A stretch of 64,000 nucleotides of DNA from Macrostomum lignano. Taxonomy: Eukaryota. The notes beneath the pieces were generated by a model. It saw nothing but the letters and a program-made list of their open reading frames with translations, did no database searches and was not told where the DNA came from. The position numbers and the translations under genes were made by a program. Below are positions 13,701 to 27,031 of this stretch, in pieces. The stretch is from contig NIVC01000876.1 of the NCBI GenBank assembly GCA_002269645.1, positions 62,001 through 126,000 of the forward strand. Direction: 5' to 3'. How positions within the stretch are numbered: position 1 is the stretch's first letter; every line of letters begins with the position of its first letter.

Positions 13701-15122
13701 ATTTATGCCAGGGTTGATTTAAGAAAAAATGAAACTAATGAATTCTGGTATCAGTGTGATAATAAAAATATATTATGGATTATAATAAACTATTTAAACC
13801 AGAACTAAATTATCTACAAAGGGTTACAATACAAAAGTAACAAGAGTTTTATAACTTTTGACTGAATAAACATATAAACTTATGCAATAATTTTATACAA
13901 ACATACATATAAAAAACTAACAGTTTCATCTTGCTCTATATAACCACATACTTGTTAATTATTGTTATTTAAATTCTATACCTTGAGATAAAAATTGTCT
14001 ATGGCAAAAAGACTAAAAAGTTCAGAACTTGAAAGCTTTTTAATTTCTGCTGCTAAATTTGGCTACTTCTGATAAAAGCCTTCTTTCTGCTTTTTATAGG
14101 CAAATTTGCCTGGTAATAATTTAATTGATTTGAGCTTCATGGCACTATTGGTTAAAGTTGCAATTGCTGAATTTGGTAAAAAAATTCTTCCAATTGAGGC
14201 TATAGAATGTTCAAAATTTATTCAAGTTTTTGGTAAGAGGGAATAAAAAAACACATGCATTGCTATGACAAAATGGCAGCTCTTTAGAGCATGCTAAAAC
14301 CACTGAAAAAATAAATGAGGGTGCAGATTTTTTACTTGATGAACACATTTAAACTTGGTTACTTTTGCTATTGACAAATATTGTAATTTTCTATCTTGAA
14401 GCATAGACTTTTATTTAAGATTACACAGTGTAATTATGTAAAGTTTAAATTATAGTTGTTAGTTTTCTATATATTTAGAATTGTTGGGTAAAAATTTCAA
14501 TTTACTTCTAGGTACTTCAGATAAAAGTTTAAAAAAAATCTCGCAATTTTTAAAATACTGCTTGTACATAAAGTTAAAAAAGCTAGGCTATGGCTAGTGT
14601 ATTTTAGCAAACTTACTTACTATTTAAATCAAATTGAATTTAGGTAAAAATATTCATAATAATGTATATTTCAAATAAGAAATCAAACTATCCATGTGTT
14701 TATATTATACCATAAAGTAATTATTTTTGATTGTCAACATTATTAAATTATGGGCTAGCTAAGAAAAAACCAAGGTTCATTCTAGAATCCACAAAAGCAA
14801 TTTTTTACTTTAATAGTGCAAATTTTATTCATTCATACCTGGCTGCACTCACTGTAATCCCATTGTTAATTTGGCACCTATTAACAAAAACTGATATTCT
14901 GTATTAATATTAATATGTGCATACACTTTCATTCCAGCCTTCCCCAGTTGCAGCAACTCAACAATCTCCCAGATAGGAGGAATCGAGAAAAACAGAGCCT
15001 TCCAATTGAGAATGGGCGGCACGTGAGCTCAGTCTCAGCCTGCAGTTACTCAAATCCCAGTTGCTCAAACAATTATAATATCGCTCTAATTGAAAATCAG
15101 GTGGCCCCCTCGGACTCCCTCC

Positions 15123-15716
15123 ATGTGGCCGAGCAGGCGCGGCCGCTCCGACAGCAGCGGCGCCGGCGCCACCAACGGCGCCAGCAGCATTTTCGGCGCC
15201 CCGCTGGATGTCGCCATCAGGCGCCGGGGCAGCAGCCAGCAGCAGCAGCCGGCGGAAGTTCCGGACATTGTCCGGCAGATCTGCGAGCACCTGAGCAAGG
15301 CCGGCCTGGCAACCGAGGGCCTGTTCCGCGTCAACGGCAACAACCGGATGGCTAACCAGATTCGCCGCCTGTTCGACGAGCACTCTGTGGTGGACTTCTC
15401 CGACATTCACGACGTGCACTCGATCGCCAGCGTGCTGAAGCAGTACATCCGCGAGCTGCCGGACGGCATCGTGGACAGCGAGGCCACGCTGCAGTTCGTG
15501 CAGGCTGCCGAGGCCGCGGCCGGCGACCCCAACCGGCTGTGCCGGGATTACGCCGAACTGATCGACCGGCTGCCGGAGCCCAACAGGAAGCTGCTGAAGT
15601 ACCTGACCGAGTTTCTGCGCCGAGTTGCCGACAGGGACGCCGAGAATAAAATGTCGCCCCTTAATCTGGGCATCTGCTTTGGGCCCAATGTGTTCCGCTG
15701 CGGCGACACCGTGCAG
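15123..15716 (+). CDS. FAM13: FAM13-family RhoGAP, coding exon 1 (RhoGAP domain)
   Basis: Translation MWPSRR...IFGAPLDV...EVPDIVRQICEHL...GLATEGLFRVNG (arginine finger)...ASVLKQYIRELPD...LPEPN...NKMSPLNLGICFGPNVF is a canonical RhoGAP. Acceptor AG at 15099-15100; donor CAG|GTGAGG after 15716, phase 0. The ORF track runs on into intronic repeat. Confidence 0.92.
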
Positions 15717-15869
15717 GTGAGGCCTCTTGAGTTGCAGCTGTGCTTGCTAATTGGTTTTTGCATGCTCTCATCTCTCATCTCTATATGGCTTGTCCTGTCT
15801 CAGTCCATGGGCTCTACTCTCAGCCTTCTGAATTCTGCTTCTCTGCTTCTCTCATACTTTACTGTCTCT

Positions 15870-16400
15870 ACTCTCTCCTCTACTCTCCCTCCGCTCTACT
15901 CTCCCTCCTCTCTACTCTCCCTCCGCTCTACTCTCCCTCCTCTACTCTCCCTCCACTCTACTCTCCCTCCACTCTACTCTCCCTCCGCTCTACTCTCCCT
16001 CCTCTCTACTCTCCCTCCACTCTACTCTCCATCCACTCTACTCTCCCTCCACTCTACTCTCCCTCCACTCTACTCTCCATCCACTCTACTCTCCCTCCAC
16101 TCTACTCTCCCTCCACTCTACTCTCCCTCCTCTCTACTCTCCCTCCACTCTACTCTCCATCCACTCTACTCTCCATCCACTCTACTCTCCTTCCACTCTA
16201 CTCTCCTTCCACTCTACTCTCCCTCCACTCTACTCTCCACCCACTCTACTCTCCCTCCACTCTACTCTCCATCCACTCTACTCTCCACCCACTCTACTCT
16301 CCCTCCACTCTACTCTCCATCCACTCTACTCTCCACCCACTCTACTCTCCCTCCATTCTACTCTCCCTCCATTCTACTCTCCCTCCACTCTACTCTCCCT
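15870..16400. repeat. 16-bp minisatellite (CTCTACTCTCCCTCCA)n in FAM13 intron 1
   Basis: Direct inspection. Confidence 0.95.
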
Positions 16401-17279
16401 CTTTACATCCTGTTCTCCCTTTCTACACCCTACTCTTGCACTCTACAGTCTGAGCCAGCATAGAGCTGCCCAAATTGTGTTAGTCTAAGGAGTGCTAGCC
16501 GGTAGTTACCGTGTTTGCAGTGCGCAGTGCGTTGGTCCTCAACCCCCATACGGATGCAGCTTCTTCAGTCAATTTTTGGATATTTTTTCACTCTATGCAT
16601 TTACCTACATCTTCCAGCACAGTTTTGCTTGTACTTAAGCTCTGCTGATGGCACAGATCTCTTGAGCACAGCCTTGGTTACCTATCTGGCCACCCGCCTG
16701 TCACTGTCTAGATATGATTTTCATGTGTTTTCAGTCTTTAATTTGATACTAAACTCACAGCGCTTTCTGAATAAAATGTTCCTCTAGCCTGGTCAGCTGC
16801 CCTGCTATCAGCATCTGCCTCTGCATATGCAGGTTTGTAAATCTGTGCGATGCAGTCATTGTAGTCTCTATGCTACCGCATTTCTTAATTTAATTTTTAT
16901 AATCCCGCTTACCACAGTGAGCAGCAATGCATAGTGTTCGAATTTTTTTAATTGTCTGCGTTGCTATGGCAACAGTGAAAATATGTTGTTAATATTGTGC
17001 ACACAGTTTAACAGAGAAATTATTATATAGTTACAAATATTGATTTATAATAAAATTAATAACTTTAGCTTGCACGTGACACAATTCATACACTTATTAT
17101 ATTACCTTGCACTGTCATACTCATGATCCTCTTTACATTTATTTCACACTTCTGTTATTGAATTGGCACCTGTGTTAGTTGCAGTCATTGGCTGCGTTGC
17201 AATGCACCTGTTTATCACTGTCTCCTAGGGGGATTCACCTCTGCTAGGGTTTTGTGCTTGTAGTTCAACACATTACAAT

Positions 17280-17825
17280 CATCAGCACCATCAGCACCAT
17301 AATCACCATCTTCATCATAATCATTTCTACCATCATCACCATCACCGTCATCACCGACACCGTCATCATCATCACCATCATCACCATCACCATCATCACC
17401 GACACCGTCATCATCATCACCATCATCATCACCACGATCATCATCACCATCATCACCGACACCGTCATCATCATCACCATCATAATCATTACCACCATCA
17501 TCATCATCACCATCATCATCACCATCATCATCATCATCATCATCACAATCATCACCGACACCGTCATCGTCATCACCATCATCATCATCACCATCATCAT
17601 CATCACCACGATCATCATCACCATCATCACCGACACCGTCATCATCATCACCATCATAATCATTGCCAGAATCATCATCATCACCATCACCATCATCACC
17701 ATCATCATCATCATCACGATCACTATCACCATCATAATCATTGCCACCATCATCATCATCACTATTAGCATCATCATCACCATCATCAGCAGCATCATCA
17801 CTATCACCATCATCACAATGATAAC
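17280..17825. repeat. Degenerate (ATC/ACC)n trinucleotide tract
   Basis: Direct inspection; gives spurious poly-Ile/Thr and poly-Met ORFs. Confidence 0.95.
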
Positions 17826-18538
17826 CAGCCTGTAACTGGTATTAGTTATAGTAGTGCTGGTATTAGTTATTAAATTTACCTGTTCTCCATCATGGCCATA
17901 GAGATTGGGATATGCCTGGCAGCAGTCCAAGTTAAGTCCCGCGGCTTACGGCTAGCACTGCTGACTTATCGTTGTTCAAAATGGCTATCGTTTATTTAAT
18001 CCCCATAAACTATATAAAAGCAGTGAAATATTCGATGTGAGTGTTGCATCACTCCCTGTTTTCATAGCAGTCTTCCTGTGCCCGTATTTTAGCATTAGAC
18101 TTACGCGAATGTTTGCTATAATAACAGTTACTATTGCCAGTGTTGTGCCTCCATTTAGCGCCAGCGAATGTGACAGGCTCAGCAGAGTTGGTGAAAGCTG
18201 ATGCCCTTTTAAAATGTCACTATTTCCTTATCTACGACTCGTATATTCCGGCGGGGCAAGCAGATCTGGCTTGTGTTGCAGAAATCCCCCGTGTGCTTGC
18301 CCAACGAACGCAAGATTCTCCCCAATTCTCCCAATTTCCCGAGCCAAACCTCGATCGGGTCGAGCGATACCGAATTGCTCCGCTTCTGTCCCCGATTCCC
18401 CTTCCCCTCTTGGCCGCAGATTGCCTCGGCTACCAGGGTAAAGGATTTCCAGGTGGCGCTATTAATGTTGCAAAAGCTGTCCTGAGGGAGCTGCCCTCCT
18501 GCGGTGACTCACTGCGGACAGCTGGGGTCATGGGCTGG

Positions 18539-19227
<689 letters not shown>

Positions 19228-20169
19228 GGATTCGTAGTAGGCTGGTAGATTAGTAGGCTAATAGGCAGGTAGCTGCGTGGGTAGATATGCAGCTGAATTA
19301 GTAGGCAAGTGGGTGATGCATCAATCGGTGATGTATTAAGATTTCCACCTGGCCATGCGTGCGTGTCAACTGTCTACAAATATATATCCCACACTATATT
19401 TATGCTGCGTAAATTTTGCTATAGAAAAAGTTTCATTTGCGACCTCTTTTTGCTTGTTTCCGCCGAATAATAAGTTGCTTGGGCCGCGGCGCTCGGGATG
19501 ATGGCTTCCAAAAGCGGGCAAAAACCCCAAAGCCCGCCTTCGCCGATCCCCGTGCCTGTAGTTTCGCCCTGTCCCGGCCCGGCCGCTGCCCGCCAGTCCT
19601 GTGCGCGTACGCTGGGCGGGAGGGTGGTTGAGATTGGCTGCCACTGAGAGCCGGAGAGAAACCGGTCCAGTCCATGAAGGCCTTCGTCGGCTGCAGACTT
19701 TGCCTGCCTTGGTTATTGCAGAGTCTTCTTGCAAATGCAGAGAGGGAGGTTTCCTGTCAGTTGTTGCTGCACTCTTGCGTTTTCGCTAGCGGATTGAACA
19801 TCGCTAGTCCTCTACAAGGAGCGAACCCTGTGCGGATAAATTTATTCCAAAAATGGGCCTGGCTGGAGCCGCAGTGGCGCACTTTTAACGGCCAAGTTCC
19901 AGCGCTGCTCTGGGCCTCCACTTGCCCTACTTTTAGTAGTCCCGAATTGTGTGTGCTGGCGTCAGCGAATGCATAAATAAATATTCTGCTGCGGCTTCCA
20001 GTTTGTAACCTGCCTTGTAAACAGCAGTCGGGAAACTTCCTGCTTATCTGCAGCTGGCTGCGCACTGATGGCCTGCGTTTTGTTTACACTATTGGATGCG
20101 CTTGTCAGTCTGGCCATCCTTGCCGCTCTGTGTCCATCTATCAGCTGCTATTGAGTGTGCTTTCATTGT

Positions 20170-20199
20170 GTGTCTGTCTGCCCATCTGTGTCTGTCTGC

Positions 20200-20235
<36 letters not shown>

Positions 20236-20314
20236 CATCTGTGTGTCTGTCTGTCTGTCTGTGTGTCTGTCTGTCTGCTGTCTGTCTGTCTGTCTGTCTG
20301 TCTGTCCATCTGTG

Positions 20315-20371
<57 letters not shown>

Positions 20372-20373
20372 GC

Positions 20374-20417
<44 letters not shown>

Positions 20418-20622
20418 CATCTGTGTGTCTGTCTGTCTGTCTGTCTGTCTGTCTTTCTGTCTGTCAGTCTGTCTGTCTGTCTGCTGTCTGTCTGTCTGTC
20501 TGTCTTTCTGTCTGTGTGTCTGTGTGTCTGTCTGTCTTTCTGTCTGTGTGTCTGTGTGTCTGTCTGTCTGTGTGTCTGTCTGTGTCTGTCTGCCCATCTC
20601 TGTCGTCTGTCTGTCTGTCTGT
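20170..20622. repeat. (TGTC)n microsatellite
   Basis: Direct inspection. Confidence 0.97.
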
Positions 20623-20994
20623 CACCAATTTATCAAGAGACTAGCATTAAGAAAGCTTTGAAAATCACAAATAGTCTTCGAACAGTGCAAAACTTTCGCT
20701 TTATTTCCAGGGAATTTGAAAGTCGCAATAAAATCATTTTATAAAACCGGTGAGGTGGTAAATAATGGCGCAATATTAAAAATGAATATCAATATAGTCC
20801 ATATTTTTACACTACTTGTAGTAGATGTTGAACCAGCATGCCGGAGATACGCAGAGTGAGCACTGTATGAGCATCGCATGTCAGCCAGCGCAGTATTTTA
20901 GGCTTATTTTGTGTCTAATTGCGACTTACTACTCAATTTGAATTCAGTAGTTTATAACGGAGTTTTTCCCCTATTTATGTCAATCATTAAACAG

Positions 20995-21900
20995 AGCCTG
21001 AAGGTGCAGAGCATGGCCAACAAGATCATGTCGGATTTGATCGCGCACTACTCTGACGTGTTCGAGCCAGCGCCGCAGGCCAAGCTGCCCCGCATGGTCA
21101 CCGTGAAGGAGTGCTCAGGCAGCGGCGGCGCTGGAAACAGTCCGAGCCTGCGCCGACTCTCCGCCGGCAGCACTGGCGGCGGCGGCGGCGGCGGTCACTC
21201 CATGACGAACAACAACAGCAGCCACAGCAGCTCATCAGAGTCGGCGGCGGTCGCGCTCAGGTCAGGCGGTCCCCAGCCGAAACCTAGGAACTCGCTGCAG
21301 CCAACCCTGTCGGCGTCGACTCCGGCCTCCGCCTCGGCCGGTGCCGCCGGCGGCGCCTCCATGGTGTCGTCATCGAGGGTGTCTCTGGTGGACGACGAGC
21401 CGTCTTCCTACAGCGAGTCGCCCCGGTTTCCCCAGCAACAACAGCAGCAGCAGCTGGCGGCCCAGCAGCAGCAGCAGTTGGGCTTGCTGCAGCAGCCCGG
21501 CGGCAGCCTGAGCCGCGCCATTCGAGCGGCCGTGGCCAGCCATCTGTTTGGCGCCGCTGCCGACGAGGACGCCGACGACGATGGAGACGAGGATGATGAC
21601 GACGTCGAGGAGTTGCCGCGGGACGGCGGTAGCAGCGGCGGCGGCGGCGGCCCAGATGAGGAGGAGGAGTCGGAGCGGACGCTGACGCCAAAGGCGACAC
21701 CCAGCCCGGCTGTGCCGCGGTTGGACCTCAGCCAGCTGACTGCGGGCGGGCCGGCGGCGGCGGCGACTGGGACTGGGGCGTCCGCGTCTTCCGCTGGCGC
21801 GCCCGGAGCTTCGGGTTCGACATCGGTGGAGGCCAGGCGGTCAGTCTACGATAATGTTGGCAGCCTGCAGAGACCGGCAAGTGCTGGGAAGAGTGCCTGG
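20995..21900 (+). CDS. FAM13: FAM13 coding exon 2 (end of RhoGAP plus low-complexity linker)
   Basis: AAACAG|AGC CTG AAG in phase 0 gives FRCGDTVQ|SLKVQSMANKIMSDLIAHYSDVFE, the last RhoGAP helix. 906 nt open; donor TGG|GTAATC at 21900/21901. Confidence 0.85.
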
Positions 21901-21950
21901 GTAATCGGGTCTTTGTTTTTTATATCAAGCCGCTCGTGCTCTTGAAGACA

Positions 21951-24322
21951 TTTTAGAGCCAGAATCGCCATCAGTGACTTTAGAATCGCCATCAGTGACT
22001 TTAGAATCGCCATCAATGACTTTAGAATCGCCATCAGTGACTTTAGAATCGCCATCAATGACTTTAGAATCGCCATCAGTGACTTTAGAATCGCCCTCAG
22101 TGACTCTTTAGAATCGCCCTCAGTGACTCTTTAGAATCGCCATCAGTGACTTTAGAATCGCCATCAGTGACTTTAGAATCGCCATGAGTGACTTTAGAAT
22201 CGCCATCAGTGACTGTTTAGAATCGCCCTCAGTGACTTTAGAATCGCCATCAGTGACTCTTTAGAATCGCCATCAGTGACTGTTTAGAATCGCCCTCAGT
22301 GACTTTAGAATCGCCATGAGTGACTCTTTAGAATCGCCATCAGTGACTTTAGAATCGCCATCAGTGACTTTAGAATCGCCATGAGTGACTTTAGAATCGC
22401 CATCAGTGACTTTAGAATCGCCATCAGTGACTTTAGAATCGCCATCAGTGACTTTAGAATCGCCATCAGTGACTTTAGAATCGCCATGAGTGACTTTAGA
22501 ATCGCCATCAGTGACTTTAGAATCGCCCTCAGTGACTCTTTAGAATCGCCATGAGTGAGTCTTTAGAATCGCCATCAGTGACTCTTTAGAATCGCCATCA
22601 GTGACTTTAGAATCGCCATGAGTGACTTTAGAATCGCCATGAGTGACTCTTTAGAATCGCCATCAGTGACTCTTTAGAATCGCCATCAGTGACTTTAGAA
22701 TCGCCATGAGTGACTTTAGAATCGCCATGAGTGACTCTTTAGAATCGCCATCAGTGACTTTAGAATCGCCATCAGTGACTTTAGAATCGCCATGAGTGAC
22801 TTTAGAATCGCCATCAGTGACTCTTTAGAATCGCCATGAGTGACTTTAGAATCGCCATCAGTGACTTTAGAATCGCCATCAGTGACTTTAGAATCGCCAT
22901 CAGTGACTTTAGAATCGCCATCAGTGACTTTAGAATCGCCATCAGTGACTTTAGAATCGCCATGAGTGACTTTAGAATCGCCATCAGTGACTGTTTAGAA
23001 TCGCCCTCAGTGACTTTAGAATCGCCATGAGTGACTCTTTAGAATCGCCATCAGTGACTTTAGAATCGCCATGAGTGACTCTTTAGAATCGCCATCAGTG
23101 ACTTTAGAATCGCCATGAGTGACTTTAGAATTGCTCTCAGTGACTTTAGAATCGCCCTCAGTGACTCTTTAGAATCGCCATGAGTGAGTCTTTAGAATCG
23201 CCATCAGTGACTCTTTAGAATCGCCATCAGTGACTTTAGAATCGCCATGAGTGACTTTAGAATCGCCATGAGTGACTCTTTAGAATCGCCATCAGTGACT
23301 TTAGAATCGCCATCAGTGACTTTAGAATCGCCATGAGTGACTTTAGAATCGCCATGAGTGACTTTAGAATTGCTCTCAGTGACTTTAGAATCGCCCTCAG
23401 TGACTCTTTAGAATCGCCATGAGTGAGTCTTTAGAATCGCCATCAGTGACTCTTTAGAATCGCCATCAGTGACTTTAGAATCGCCATGAGTGACTTTAGA
23501 ATCGCCATGAGTGACTCTTTAGAATCGCCATCAGTGACTTTAGAATCGCCATCAGTGACTTTAGAATCGCCATGAGTGACTTTAGAATCGCCATGAGTGA
23601 CTCTTTAGAATCGCCATCATTGACTTTAGAATCGCCATGAGTGACTTTAGAATTGCTCTCAGTGACTTTAGAATCGCCCTCAGTGACTCTTTAGAATCGC
23701 CATGAGTGAGTCTTTAGAATCGCCATCAGTGACTCTTTAGAATCGCCATCAGTGACTTTAGAATCGCCATCAGTGACTTCAGAATCGCCATGAGTGACTT
23801 TAGAATTGCTCTCAGTGACTTTAGAATCGCCCTCAGTGACTCTTTAGAATCGCCATGAGTGAGTCTTTAGAATCGCCATCAGTGACTCTTTAGAATCGCC
23901 ATCAGTGACTCTTTAGAATCGCCATCAGTGACTTTAGAATCGCCATGAGTGACTCTTTAGAATCGCCATGAGTGACTGTTTAGAATCGCCATGAGTGACT
24001 TTAGAATCGCCATCAGTGACTTTAGAATCGCCATGAGTGACTTTAGAATCGCCATGAGTGACTTTAGAATCGCCATCAGTGACTTTAGAATCGCCATGAG
24101 TGACTTTAGAATCGCCATGAGTGACTTTAGAATCGCCATCAGTGACTTTAGAATCGCCATGAGTGACTCTTTAGAATCGCCATGAGTGACTGTTTAGAAT
24201 CGCCATGAGTGACTGTTTAGAATCGCCATGAGTGACTGTTTAGAATCGCCATGAGTGACTGTTTAGAATCGCCATCAGTGACTGTTTAGAATCGCCATCA
24301 GTGACTGTTTAGAATCGCCCTC
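21951..24322. repeat. 21/23-bp minisatellite (TTTAGAATCGCCATCAGTGAC)n filling FAM13 intron 2
   Basis: Direct inspection; variants ATG/ATC/CTC and +CT/+GT. Confidence 0.97.
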
Positions 24323-24459
24323 CGAATGGTTTAAGAACCGCACTTATCAGTTAATTTTATTCTTGTCAGTCATTTATGTACAAAGTGATCCGATATTCCT
24401 ATTATACTATCCACTTTCTAAGTAACATAAACGCATCTTACACTCCATTTTCACTTTAG

Positions 24460-25159
24460 CATTCGTCGCACGAGCAGCAGCAGCAGACATCGGCCGGCCA
24501 GTCCACCTTGGCCAAAGTGTCCGAGAACACTTCGTCCACATCGACTTCGTCCACAACCGGACACCATCACCATCATCACCATCACCATCTGCACCAGCAT
24601 CAGCACCACCAGAATCACAACTCCCGCCATCATTCTGGCTCAGCTTCGGCTTCTGAGCAGCAGCAGCTGCCAATGCCGGCTGCTCAGGCTTCTGCCTCAG
24701 TTGCCGACGACCTTCAGCAGCAACAGCAGCAGCAGCCGTCGGTCCGCCAGCTTCAGCGCACCGTCCAGTCGTTGACCCGCCGACTTAACGACCTGGAGAG
24801 CCGCTTCCTGGCCGAGCGCGGCCGCCGGCCCGACCGCGAGGATCGAGCCCGGGACCCCGAGCTGGGCGACGCCCACGCCCGGCTGCAGGCCGCCAAACGG
24901 CAGCTGAAAGCGGCCAAGGCGGCGTCAGTGTCGGCGTCGGCGTCGGCGTCGGCTTCAGCGTCGGCGTCTGCCGCAGTCACCTCGCTGACGACTGCCGACG
25001 ACTGGACGCGCCGCTACGGCCGCTTCGCCGACGTCCGAGACTCCGCAGTCGGCCAGTCTGCCGACCGCGCACACGCCGCTGTCCGCCCACAGCGTCACCG
25101 ACTACACGCCTCCGTCCACCGCCAACACCGCCGTCACGGCGCTCAGATCCGACCAGCCG
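24460..25159 (+). CDS. FAM13: FAM13 coding exon 3 (His/Gln-rich, coiled-coil block); probable +1 frameshift after 24988
   Basis: CACTTTAG|CAT TCG in phase 0 matches the exon 2 donor. Encodes SVRQLQRTVQSLTRRLNDLESRFLAERGRRPDREDR, resembling the FAM13 central repeat. Donor CCG|GTGCGT at 25159/25160. Confidence 0.75.
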
Positions 25160-25278
25160 GTGCGTTGATTTCTTAGAAAATGTGACCTCAAATTTCAAGG
25201 GATTGTTCCTAATAGCCTCTGAGATGTGTGATCATGTGGTACTACTCAACTGAAAATGCGGTTTGTGTAACATTGCAG

Positions 25279-25332
25279 GACAGCAACCGGGTTAGAAGAT
25301 CAAGTGCGGCAGCCTCGGGCAGTGCCAGTAAT
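25279..25332 (+). CDS. FAM13: FAM13 54-nt microexon (DSNRVRRSSAAASGSASN)
   Basis: Consensus sites TTGCAG|GAC...AAT|GTAAGT. Open only in phase 0; phase 1 hits TAG at 25293-25295. Confidence 0.6.
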
Positions 25333-25459
25333 GTAAGTAGTGTGTCCTTGTCTGCTCTTTGTGTCTTGTCTGACTTCAACTGGCTTTGAATGTTTACTAA
25401 TGATGCTATACTTATTAGTGCATTAATTTGTCCTAATGAGACACAATGATTTTGTCCTA

Positions 25460-26068
25460 ATGGGGATCTAGAATGTGTCCTAATGGGGCACTAGAATGTT
25501 TCCTAATGGGGCACTAGAATGTGTCCTAATGGGACACTAGAATGTGTCCTAAAGGAACACTAGAATGTGTCCTAAAGGAACACTAGAATGTGTCCTAAAG
25601 GAACACTAGAATGTGTCCTAATGGGGCACTAGAATGTGTCCTAAAGGGCACTAGAATGTGTCCTAATGGGGCACTAGAATGTGTCCTAAAGGGGCACTAG
25701 AATGTGTCCTAAAGGGGCACTAGAATGTGTCCTAAAGGGGCACTAGAATGTGTCCTAAAGGAGCACTAGAATGTGTCCTAATGAGGCACTAGAATGTGTC
25801 CTAATGGGGCACTAGAATGTGTCCTAAAGGGGCACTAGAATGTGTCCTAAAGGGGCACTAGAATGTGTCCTAAAGGGCACTAGAATGTGTCCTAAAGGGG
25901 CACTAGAATGTGTCCTAAAGGGGCACTAGAATGTGTCCTAAAGGGGCACTAGAATGTGTCCTAAAGGGGCACTAGAATGTGTCCCTAAAGGGGCACTAGA
26001 ATGTGTCCTAAAGGGGCACTAGAATGTGTCCTAAAGGGCACTAGAATGTGTCCTAAAGGGCACTAGAA
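25460..26068. repeat. 22/23-bp minisatellite (CACTAGAATGTGTCCTAAAGGGG)n
   Basis: Direct inspection; FAM13 intron 4. Confidence 0.96.
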
Positions 26069-26153
26069 TTTCGAATCCATTCTCAAAAAGTGCAGCTTCA
26101 TCAGCGTGCATTGAGATGTGCTTTTCCCAACCCCCCCCCAAACCCCGCTCCAG

Positions 26154-26597
26154 CATCACTCCGATCATCATCAGCATCAGCAGCCGCAGCAGCAGCAGCA
26201 GCAAGCGGCGCCCTCAGCCACAGAGGACACATACTAACACTCTCATCAGCCGCCTGGAGGAGAAGCGACGCCAGGCCAACCGTCCAGAGGCGCTGGACCG
26301 CATGGACTCGCGGCAAGATCGCCGACGAGAAGCTGGCGCTGCAGAAGGCGCTGCTGCTGTACGAGAATCTGCACGGCCGGCCCAGCACCAAACGGGACAA
26401 GGAGCTGATCAGGCCGCTGTACGATCGCTACAGGCAGGTCAAGAAGCTGCTGGCCAGAGCCGACGGCGGCGCTGGCGATGGGGACGGCGCCGACGAGGGC
26501 GCGGTGGGGGCGGCGGCGGACTGGGCAGTACGAATAACTATGCTACTATTAGTATTCCGTCTGGCGGCTACGACTGGTCCGCTGGCGATGGGGCGAG
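26154..26597 (+). CDS. FAM13: FAM13 coding exon 5 (conserved C-terminal block 1) with apparent frameshifts at ~26235, ~26305 and possibly ~26501
   Basis: The family motif LISRLEEKRRQANRPEALDRM is in one frame and TRGKIADEKLALQKALLLYENLHGRPSTKRDKELIRPLYDRYRQVKKLL is in the next frame. Acceptor CTCCAG| at 26153; donor GAG|GTGAGC at 26597/26598. Confidence 0.85.
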
Positions 26598-26619
26598 GTG
26601 AGCCACGATCAGTTCGACT

Positions 26620-26960
26620 GCAGATCCCCTCAGTCCTTCAGGATCTCAAATCCCTCAGTCCTTCAGGATCTCAGATCCCCTCAGTCCTTCAGGATCTCCT
26701 ACAGATCCCCTCAGTCCTTCAGGATCTCCTACAGATCCCCTCAGTCCTTCAGGATCTCAAATCCCCTTAGTCCTTCAGGATCTCCTACAGATCCCCTCAG
26801 TCCTTCAGGCTCTCCTGCAGATCCCCTCAGTCCTTCAGGCTCTCCTGCAGATCCCCTCAGTCATTCAGGCTCCCTGGCAGATCCCTCAGTCCTTCAGGCT
26901 CTCAGATCACCTCAGTCCTTTAGGATCGCCTGCAGATCCCCTCAGTCCTTCAGGCTCCCC
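26620..26960. repeat. ~30-bp minisatellite (CAGATCCCCTCAGTCCTTCAGGATCTCCTA)n
   Basis: Direct inspection; FAM13 intron 5. Confidence 0.93.
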
Positions 26961-27031
26961 TCGAATCCCCTCGAATCCACTTGAATCCTCCCCTTCAGTC
27001 TCTCTCAAGCACAATTTTCTAAAAATTCCAG

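Noticed and set aside
13593-13808. LGIYARV...FWYQCDNKNI as a decayed cysteine-protease His box from a transposon
   Set aside because: The catalytic His is absent and the resemblance is too short to support without a profile search.
15717-16463. C-terminal extension of the 457-aa RhoGAP ORF
   Set aside because: Read-through past the CAG|GTGAGG donor into a 16-bp intronic repeat; the RhoGAP continues at 20995.
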